The position numbers were made by a program, and so were the translations under genes. Below the pieces are notes generated by a model. The model ran no database searches, was not told the origin of the DNA, and was given only the letters and a program-made list of their open reading frames with translations. A DNA stretch of 64,000 nt, taken from Octopus sinensis. Its lineage: Eukaryota. Shown piece by piece: positions 54,035 through 64,000 of this stretch; the first letter of the stretch is position 1, and every line of letters starts with the position of its first letter. The stretch is taken from positions 4,092,001 to 4,156,000 of the forward strand of contig NC_043009.1 of the NCBI RefSeq assembly GCF_006345805.1, read 5' to 3'.

Positions 54035-54225
54035 GAACTGGGAGAACCGCTAACGCCCCGGGCGAAAGGCTCACCTGCATTTCGTCCATTTCGGCTGAGG
54101 TCGACTTTGTCTTTCATTCTTTCAAGCTGGATAAATTAAGTACCAGCAGTACACTGGGGTCGCTGTAATCTGACTTACTCACTCCTTCGAAATTGCTTGC
54201 CTTGTGCCAAAATTTGAAACCAGTA
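54035..54225 (+). mobile_element. SINE family A, diverged
   Basis: gaggtcgactttgtctttcattc..gataaattaagtaccag..cactggggtcgctgtaatc..gccttgtgccaaaatttgaaacc. Confidence 0.8.
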
Positions 54226-54500
54226 TGTCTCTATTGCGTGCGGCAAGTAAAAGACAAGTGTTCAGTGCACCTTCCGGGTGAGTGATACGTTTAAGATAGG
54301 AATCGAAATTGCGTCTACAACAAGTAGTTACATATATTGTTGCTGCCGACTACATTTCATGTTTTATATAAGAAAAGAGCGGCGAGCTAGCACCATCATT
54401 AGAACAGCGGGCAAAATGCTTAGCGGCATTTCTTCCCTCTTTAGACTTTGCCTACATTATTTACATTTGATGGATATTTGTCCTCATCCTGTTTGTTGTT

Positions 54501-54546
54501 AACACAACGTTTCGGCTGATATACCTTCCAGCATTCATCAGGTGTC
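54501..54546 (-). ncRNA. Minimal type I hammerhead ribozyme motif (one stem II mismatch)
   Basis: GACAC-CUGAUGA-A-uGCUG-gaagguauau-CAGCc-GAAA-C-G-UU-GUGUU: intact core, 5-bp stem I, palindromic AACGUU stem III. Activity untested. Confidence 0.7.
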
Positions 54547-54784
54547 TTGGAGATATTTCGAACCTGTTTTCTCATTCCTAACGTATTTTTCGACGTTATT
54601 ATTATTATTATTATTATTATTAATCAGATCAATGCCAGGAATCGAATTCGGAATCTTGGGGTAAGAGCGCGGGCTAACTTATTCCAAGATTCCGAGTTCG
54701 ATTCCAGGCAGTAACCTGAATAACAATAATAATAACATCGAGAAATACCTTAGGAATGAGAACCCAGGTTCGAATTTTCCGCAA

Positions 54785-54830
54785 GACACCTGGTGAAGGC
54801 TGGAGGGTATATCAGCCGAAACATTGTGTT
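54785..54830 (+). ncRNA. Degenerate second copy of the same hammerhead motif
   Basis: GACAC-CUGGUGA-A-GGCUG-gaggguauau-CAGCC-GAAA-C-A-UU-GUGUU: stem II intact, A6-to-G core change and a stem III G-to-A change. Confidence 0.6.
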
Positions 54831-55964
54831 AACAACAAACAAGATGAGGACAAATATCCGTCAAATGTAAATAATGTAAATAATGTACATAATTCCTCAT
54901 CTCTTAAATATAGAACTGTACGACTGAGGGTGGATAAAATAAGTACCCCTGGAACTATTGGGTCGATGTACTCGACTAACCCCTTCTCCCAAAATTGTTG
55001 ATCTTGTGTCAAAATTTGAAACCAATATTTTGGATAAAAATTGAAAAGGCGACGAGCTGGTAAAAATCATTAGTATATCGGACTATATCTTAGTATTTCT
55101 TTTAACTCTTTACGCCATTTCTCCTTTTGAGGTCGATAAAATAATGTACCATTTAAGTACTGTGGTCGCTCGAAACGATTGGCTTTAAACTCTGTTATGG
55201 ACCAGCATCATGTTCAACAGGAATGATTTGATCTCGATTTCACGACATGGAAACTGCACAGTCGGCCCTGTGCATTTAATAGTCTGAAATGAGACCTATT
55301 TTCGCTGGCTAATTAGTGATACCTGTATTCATGATTTGATTGATGTCATTATACAGATCGATATTGTAGCAACGAAAAAGAAAGAAATAACTTCACGATA
55401 AATTTGCATGTGTCTTCATAGACAAAGACAATATAACAACAGAGAAGGGAAAAAAAAAGGACAGAGAAGCAATCATAAGGGATGAAATATTTGATGAGGT
55501 AGGCAGATAGTTTGAAAGATAGATAAGTAAATAATTATTTCTTACTTAGGCCGAGTGTTAGTAATTTTGACACAAAGAGGTCAACCAACACCCTCTGCCC
55601 TATTATTCACTGAGTGGTACTTTGTTATCAACTATGGAAGAAGGAAAGGCAATGATAATTTCAGCGGGACTTGAATTCACAATATAAAGAGCTGCAATTC
55701 TGAAAATCCATTTCGCATATTTGTACGTAATTCTAACATAAGATAGTATACCTCAGTATGTGAGGATCTATGTGAATATAATGTTTAATATAATATAACA
55801 TATAATATATAACGAAAAAATTTAGCACAGAGGGGCGAAAAATACGGATGCATTTTTAAATAGAGCAAACATTGAACCTAGACAGAAAGAATATGCTCTG
55901 CTCACTCACCATTTGTCGACCTGTTATAATTCCAGCACCTTCTGAAAGAGGTATCAAAATATGT

Positions 55965-56084
55965 GTATACATATGTATGTGTGGGTATATATATATATAA
56001 ATATATGTATGTATACATATGGATATATATATGTGTGTATACATATATATATATATACATAAATATATACATATGTATACATAC

Positions 56085-56117
<33 letters not shown>

Positions 56118-56120
56118 TAT

Positions 56121-56164
<44 letters not shown>

Positions 56165-57612
56165 ACATATATATATATATAATTTTACACACACGCGTGC
56201 ACGCACGTAGTGAGTATATGCAATGTGTGTGTGTTGTGCGAGTATATCTATGTATGCGTTTTACATACAGATAGTTAGCTTTATCAACTAAATACAGTAA
56301 AAATTTCTATACGTGATGACTATAACGTGACGGTTGACTTTTTCGGGCTATAAACTGCAAGACTATTTGGGATTTACTTCACAAAAGTTCAACAAAGAAA
56401 TATATGACCCATTTTTATGAATATTATCCGGCAAGACGTATTTTCTTTTGCCTGACCAAACAGAAGACTTAGCGTTGCTAGGAAACCAGCGAACACATAG
56501 TTGAAACGGTCGAAGAAAAAGAAGGAGAAGGGTTAGAGTGTGTTGAAGATGTAGAAGAGTTAATAAAAAGTCATAGAGGCGATGGAGATGGTTAGAGACA
56601 AGTTAGGATTTACAGAGGTCAACGAATAACGCAGGGAATTAATGCGCTTTATAGGTAGACATGGCTGATATACAAGGATATTTCAGTGCGTATCGTATAC
56701 ACATTGTATGTGTATATGATTATCTTCCCTCTCTCATTTTCTCTCCCTCTCTGTCACACACAGACACACATTTATATATAGATATATACACATATATATA
56801 TATATATATATATATGTGTCTATATATACGCATGCACGCGTTTGTATCTATATTTTACAAATACATGTGTGTCTGTGTGTTCACATCTGTATATGCATGT
56901 GTCTGCGCAAGTACATACCTGCACATATATTTACGTTTCTGTTACTGTATATGCATATATACACACATATATATATTCCCTCTCTATATTCCACTCTTAT
57001 TATTCCCTCTTTCTTTCTCTCTCCCTCTCTCTCTCACACACACACATACAGATAGATAGATGCACTTATATAATTATATTTGTGTATTTCTAAGGCCACG
57101 TACAACTATCTCAATAATAGTAAATCTGAATTTCATCGGACGGAGTTATGCCCAGGAAGAAAAATATAAAATGCCAATAAGAGAAGTAAAAGACAGTGGA
57201 ACAGAAAGCATTAAAATACTTGAGAACCGAACAAAACCGTCCACCGAAAATGCATATGGCGAATCACTGATAAGATTATACGTACAGATATACATACATA
57301 CATACATACATACATACATACATACACAGTTGATATTTACATATTTTGATGCATGCATATATATATGTGCGTGTGTATATATATATGTATATATATGTGT
57401 GTATTTATATGTGTATATCTATGTATATATATAAGTATGTATATATATATATATATATATATGAGTAGATATATATGTATATATATATATACATATATAC
57501 ATACATACATACATATATACATACAGTTTAGATTACATGCTTTAATGTATGCATGTGTACATACACACACACACACAAGACACGCATTTAAAGATGTATA
57601 TACAAGCCTATA

Positions 57613-57675
<63 letters not shown>

Positions 57676-57680
57676 ATGTA
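55965..57680. repeat. (TA)/(TACA)/(TG) microsatellite fields interleaved with short unique segments
   Basis: Directly visible at about 55965-56190, 56770-57060 and 57290-57680. Confidence 0.85.
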
Positions 57681-57961
57681 TAATACATACACTCACGAAC
57701 AGATGTATGTAGGATTTGGTATGTATATGATGCTGTAGATGGGTTTTGTTCAGTGAATGTGTGCTGGTACTGGAATGATTACCTGAAATACTTGCTTAAG
57801 GCCATGTTCCTTTGCGCTTGATCTTGAAGGATCTGCACTCTCTTGCCCTTCACCCCATCCCTAACCACGATGACAGAAGACCGGATTTAATCTCGGAACA
57901 CACGGAGCCGAAACAAATACGGCATGTCATCTCATCCGACGTTGTAACATTACATCAAATC

Positions 57962-58535
<574 letters not shown>

Positions 58536-58984
58536 TTCCGGAATGGAGCAGTGCTATAACATGATTATCTACCATGATGGTTTTGTGATAGTGGACATTG
58601 ACAGTAAACATGTCAGGTAAGATTTAGAGTAGCTGGGGTGGGTGGGTGTGTGATGGGGGTAGGGGGGCGGCGGTCGAAAGACAGCATGTATGCTTCTGTT
58701 GTGTTGTCTTCACGGTAGATGATGATAATAACCTGGCATTGTAGTTCATTATGATAGAGAGGCATTGTTCGTGATGTCTTCGGATTATGAAAATAGAAGA
58801 CACAGCAGAGGCTGAAGTGGTGCGTCATTATTAGCGGTTGCAATAGTGGCGGTGGTGGTGGTGGTGGTGGTAGTGGCGGCGGCGGTGGCGGCGAAGGTGG
58901 TGGCTTTTGTTGTTTAGTACCAAACCAGCTCCGATCGGCCAGACCTTTTTACTCCAAGCCGCTCATTCTGTGATCGCCATGTTT

Positions 58985-59435
58985 TGTGTTAGTCCGGACG
59001 TGATATATAATTTTTATAGTTTCACTTTTATCAGCTATTGGACTGTGGTCATGCTGTGTCACTACTTTGAGGGCTTTAGTCGAATAGATCGACCCCCAGA
59101 ACTTCTATTTTGGGCTGGTATTTATACAATAGTTATCTTTTGCTCCTCTAAGTTGAGGGGGAAAATTTGCATACTTATAACTACATATATCTATGTATTT
59201 ATCCATCTATCTCTTTATGTATGTATGTATGTACCTATCTATTTGTCTGTCTGTCTATCTATCGATCTATATCTATATATGTACACACACACACAAACAG
59301 TCACACATCGAGCTTCCACACAGTTTCTTTCTCCTATATGCACTCACAAGATATTGATTGGTCAGCCTTTAACTTCAGTACAAGACATTTGCCCAAGGTG
59401 TCACATTGTCAGGCTGAACCCAAAACCTCAAAACC
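58985..59435 (-). mobile_element. Old SINE B-like copy with expanded internal microsatellite
   Basis: gactgtggtcatgctg..tcgacccccagaactt.. and cactcacaag..gacatttgcccaaggtgtcac..gctgaaccc are reverse B segments. Confidence 0.6.
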
Positions 59436-60380
59436 ATACCTGCGCGTATGTGTGTGTGTATTATGAGGGTTTCATATTTGTTACCCTGAAAACCTTACTA
59501 CTGCTGCTGCTGCTCTCACCGGTGTATGAACAGCTACATAAATGGACTTAATTGCTGGAAATGCTGCATTGCCTGTAAGCAAAAATAGGACGGCCCTATC
59601 ACTCCCAAAAGATATCAACTCAATTTTGACCATTATCGTTATTAGTAACTCTGCTAATTATTTTAATTAACAACCTTATTTTGATCATCATCATCATCAT
59701 CATAATCATCACCTTCATCTAAGCATGTAAATATATAAATAGATAAATATATAATGTGTGTCTGTGTAGATATAATTATAATGACAGAGAATGTATTAAC
59801 TGGATATTTACTGGCTGAAAGACAAAAAAAAAAAAAAAAAAGAATGCGTGTATATGTAAACGTATATATCTAAAGTGTGTTTAAATGTGTATGTTTCTGT
59901 GTCTATTTCTGCATACGAACAAGGTTAATAGCAATGTAAATGGTGTCTTAGATTACGAATCGAAACGGCAATCCTCATGTTTACCGGTCAGATAACACTT
60001 GACGAGGCTTAATCGCATATCAAATTTCTTTTTCTTAAACAAATATAATCAGTGTTATCTTTCAGCTTCTTTTGTTTGTTTATTGTTGTTGTCATTATGA
60101 TGATCGTTTTTTGTTTTTCTGTTTTTAACTTGTAACTCCTCCCCACCTCTTCCTGCTATACAGTATCCCATATCAACATGGTTCTATGGCTAGCAACCAA
60201 AGAATTTTGTCTTAGATTCTTTATTATCGGTTACAGTAACAAAATGGTTTATCATTGGCCATTCATAAATTTCAATATGAGTACGTTTTGACAACTAACA
60301 TATGTGAATTACGCTTGTAAGAACAGAACGAAAGGTACAATTAGGGTTGAAAAAACACCACTTGTAATATTTTGATAACT

Positions 60381-60954
60381 GTAGGGCGGCGAACTGGCGG
60401 AATAGTTAGTGTGCCGGGCTAAATGCTTAGCGGCATTTCGTCTGCCGTTACGTTCTGAGTTCAAATTCCGCCGAGGTCGACTTTGCCTTTCATCCTTTCG
60501 GAGTCGATAAAGTAAGTACCAGTTACGCACTGAGGCCGATATAGTTGACTTAATCCGTTTTTCAGTCCTTGTTTGTCCCCTCTGTGTTTAGCTCCTTGTG
60601 GGTAGTAAAGAAATAGGTATTTCGTCTGCCGCTACGTTCTGAGTTCAAATTTCACCGAGGTCGAATTTGCCTTTCATCCTTTCGGGGTCGATAAATTAAG
60701 TACCAGTTACGCACTGAGGTCGATATAAATCGACTTAATCCGTTTTTCAGTCCTTGTTCGGCTTCTCTGTGTTTAGCCCATTGTGGGTAGTAAAGAAATA
60801 GGTATTTCGTCAGCCGCTACGTTCTAGTTAAAATTTCGCCGAGATTGACTTTGCCTTCGGAGTTGATAAATTAAGTACCAGTTGCGTACTCGTTCGATCT
60901 AATTGACTGGCCCCTTCCCTAAACATTTCAGGCCTTGTGCCTATACTAGAAAAG
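60381..60954 (+). mobile_element. Head-to-tail trimer of SINE A inside a single TSD
   Basis: Units 60381-60615, 60616-60800 and 60801-60954; identical 15-bp aatattttgataact at 60366-60380 and 60955-60969. Confidence 0.92.
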
Positions 60955-62183
60955 AATATTTTGATAACTTTAGCTATTTATATATTTATATACAGAGAGT
61001 GATATAACGAGCTTCCGCGCTGTTGACCTACATTGGTACGCTCGTTGACTACATTGGTAGGCTCGGGTCTAATTTGTCCTGGGTGCAGGATGTTGAGCCG
61101 GAACTAAGCCACGTTGCTGCGAAGAGAAATTTTTATCCACAATCCTCTTATATGTGTGTGTTTACCCACTGAGTATTAGATGCCTGATGTAAATCTAAAA
61201 TAATATAAACTGCAATTTATGAAAGAGTTTACACATAAATTATACTTGGGTAGTGCAAACATGAATATTAAACCTCATCTTTACCCCAAATGCAGTGTGA
61301 TTTGTTTCCTTTAATCATATGTCAGTGAGGGAAAACTACTGTCCATATAACAGTCATATGAAGTTTCGCTTTTGTCTATGGATGACAGCAGTGTTTATTG
61401 TTTTATGAGAGTACTTTTGGCACAAGGATCGTATTTATCTGTGGTTAAGATCGTTGCATATAAAACAAATAGAATAAACCTATCCAGGAATGTCTGGGGT
61501 TTGAAATAACATCCTACTGATTTAATCGTACATTGAAAACACCTCGGCTGATGTAAGCTATAGGAAATTCCACAAAACGTTGCAGTATATGCATAACTGA
61601 GAAGAGACACGTAATTAAAGTAAACTGCAAATATTGTAAATGTTTCACGTTCAGTTGTCACTAAATATCGCCATTTAGAAAGTATTTCCTTAAACACTGA
61701 AAAGCCACACCAAACCTGATTGAATCCCTTATTGCTTAACTTTATACGATGAATAATGATTTTTTCTGTATTTACATCGGATTTAGCTCATTAATAAGTC
61801 TTCTGAAGTCTCGATACGAAATATTTATACTCAACTCAATCGTTTTGCGTTTCAAAATTTTAACTTAACCCACATAAATAATAAAGTCGTCTTTCAACTT
61901 CCAATTTACCCAGAACTAGTCACATACATTTTCTTTTTTGCGTTACATTTACATATATTTAAAAACCTACAAATTCGCTAGATTTATTAAACAGAGAGAA
62001 ATGATTCAACCAGCAATATTTATTGTTATGGCCTTTCTGTTTTAATTTTAGCCTAAATACTGTAATGAAAACCACGCATAATAATTCATATCAGCGACAG
62101 ATATTTTCAAATGGTTTGATGTCTGATGAACGCTTGCCATAACTTGAACGGAAAACTTGAAGTTATAATCTATTATCCCTAAC

Positions 62184-62186
62184 AGG

Positions 62187-62234
<48 letters not shown>

Positions 62235-62400
62235 TCTTCTTCTTCTTCTTCTTCTTCTTCTTCTTCTTCTTCTTCTTCTTCTTCTTCTTCTTCTTCTTCT
62301 TCTTCTCTTCTTCTTCTTCTTCTTCTTCTTCTTCTCTTCTTCTTCTTCTTCTTCTTCTTTTATTATTATTATTATTATTATATTTGTTATTGTTTCTATT
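62184..62400. repeat. Compound trinucleotide (TTG)n(TTC)n(ATT)n
   Basis: Directly visible. Confidence 0.96.
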
Positions 62401-62764
62401 ATTATTGTTATGTTTGTTATCATTATATAAGCACGAAGAAGACCCCGCCCACACACACACACACAGACAGATAGATAGATAGATAGATAGATACCACGTT
62501 ATGGTTGTATGTCTTTATATGTGTTATTCTTTCTCCGTGTCTCGTATATATATGTGTATAATCGTACATATATTAGAGTACATAATACATACATACTACA
62601 TACATACATACATACATACATACATACATACATAACGTCTTCCTCTCATTTATAATTGACATCTTTACTGCGTGATTAGGCGGAAACATTATATTACTTT
62701 TCTTTGAAAATATCTGAGAAGAAATCATGCGTGAAAACTCTGTAACATCCTTATCATCTGATCG

Positions 62765-63230
62765 TCCTTTTAATCATCATTATATCGTCATTTTTTTCAT
62801 TATCATTACCATCATTATACTTAAGGCCATCATCAGCATCGCCATCATCATGGCCGTCCCCGACATCATAATCGTTGTAATCATTATCATCATCATCATC
62901 ATCATATTCATTGTCGCGGTCACCGTCGGCTTCATAATTATCTTCATGCTCGTCGTCTTCGTCTTCATATTCACACCATCACCATTATCATCATCAGCAT
63001 CATTATCGTCGTCGGCGTCACGTTCCCCCATGAAACCCATCACCTTCGTCGCTATTATCAGCATTATAATTAGCAATCATAAGCATCATTTTCATGATTA
63101 AGAACATATATATCAACTTCATCATTAAGAATATATCACCACCATCATAATTAAAATCATCATTATAGACGTCATCGTCGCCGTCGTGACTTCAACAGAG
63201 GTGGCGCTGTGATCGGCGTTGACATCATCA
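62765..63230. repeat. Degenerate (CAT)n/(CGT)n trinucleotide field
   Basis: Directly visible; the ORFs here are low-complexity artefacts. Confidence 0.85.
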
Positions 63231-63395
63231 TTACCCTACATCCCGATTGACCAAGCTCCTATAATCACACAGTCATTTGCATTTTTATCAGTCGAGCACT
63301 AATCACATCGATCAGTACTAATTAGGGGGACAATTCATTACCATCTGCTGAGTTAGTAGTTATTACTAATTATTACTAATTAGAAAAGAGCTGTA

Positions 63396-63442
<47 letters not shown>

Positions 63443-63444
63443 AC

Positions 63445-63600
63445 AGGTGGTGGATTAGTAGAATTTTTAGGGCATTGGAAAACATGCTTTGTTGTATTTA
63501 TTCCAGCTCTTTACATTCTCGGTTCAAATCCCGCCTAGGTCAGGTTTACCTTTCATGACTCCGAGCTTGACAAAATTAAGTACCAAGTACCCAATCAAGT
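63445..63600 (+). mobile_element. Diverged SINE A-like copy
   Basis: ggttcaaatcccgcctaggtcaggtttacctttcat..gacaaaattaagtacc. Confidence 0.6.
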
Positions 63601-64000
63601 CCTGAGAAACTATTATTGCAACTATTGCTGCAGTTGTTATCATTGCTGTCGTTCATATCACTACTATTACTACTATAACGATTAATAGTTATTTCACTTT
63701 CGCCCTGTTGAATTCAAACATTCAAGGGAAAAAGAACATTTTCGCGTTGCAAATAGGTTGCAAGACGCTTACGTAACTTATCATTTTCATATTATTATTG
63801 CAGCATCACTCACTTCCTATATGTGCGCACGCATACACAAATACATGTACGTATATATGCAGTTTGCTTCGAATATAGGAACCGTGAAACGTGTTCGCCA
63901 TTTTTAACAGAAACGTTTAATAAATGTACACTTGTTTTGTTCTTAAGGTTGTATTTTTGTTACTAAGTTCCTCTTTAATTGTGAATTCCTCCTACTTATG

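Larger units (their letters stand above)
54453..54920. mobile_element. Inverted (head-to-head) duplication of a tRNA-headed element carrying a hammerhead ribozyme motif
   Basis: Arms 54453-54659 and 54684-54878 are reverse complements around a 24-nt loop; B-box-like gagttcgattcc; (AAT)n spacer; hammerhead motif in each arm. Confidence 0.85.
54383..55030 (+). mobile_element. Old SINE A copy split by the hammerhead element (halves 54383-54452 and about 54926-55030)
   Basis: Head ..aaatgcttagcggcatttc..gactttgcc stops at 54452; gggtggataaaataagtacc..gggtcgatgta..gtgtcaaaatttgaaacc resumes after 54920. Confidence 0.7.

Noticed and set aside
57812-57960. RPDLI (R2/R4 endonuclease-like) on plus and CRICF (RING-CH-like) on minus
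   Set aside because: Short chance-level matches without the remaining motif residues.
60381-60954. Regular repeats as a CRISPR array or a hammerhead retrozyme
   Set aside because: The context is eukaryotic, the units are SINE bodies with no unique spacers, and no CUGANGA/GAAA core was found on either strand of the unit.

Overview
AT-rich, gene-poor eukaryotic DNA, most likely an intron or intergenic region of an octopod cephalopod. That assignment is an inference from the extreme microsatellite load and from tRNA-derived SINE families resembling the octopus OK/OR types. I can support no intact protein-coding gene, true tRNA/rRNA gene or CRISPR array; nearly every ORF in the supplied track is a translated (TA)n/(CA)n/(TATC)n/trinucleotide repeat or a SINE. 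The window is a mosaic of at least four tRNA-headed SINE families (my working labels A-D; several copies have clean TSDs), small DNA-transposon MITEs, a decayed RTE-type LINE 3' end with three C2H2 fingers, a candidate solo LTR and many microsatellites. The most interesting signal is at 54453-54920: a non-coding element with a tRNA-like Pol III head and a minimal type I hammerhead ribozyme motif, present as a head-to-head inverted duplication. A second hammerhead-like family occurs at 44295-44505 and 40816-40923. Both resemble Penelope-like element (PLE) hammerheads and suggest ribozyme-bearing, possibly PLE-mobilised SINE-like RNAs. All alignments and folds were done by eye; no database search was run.
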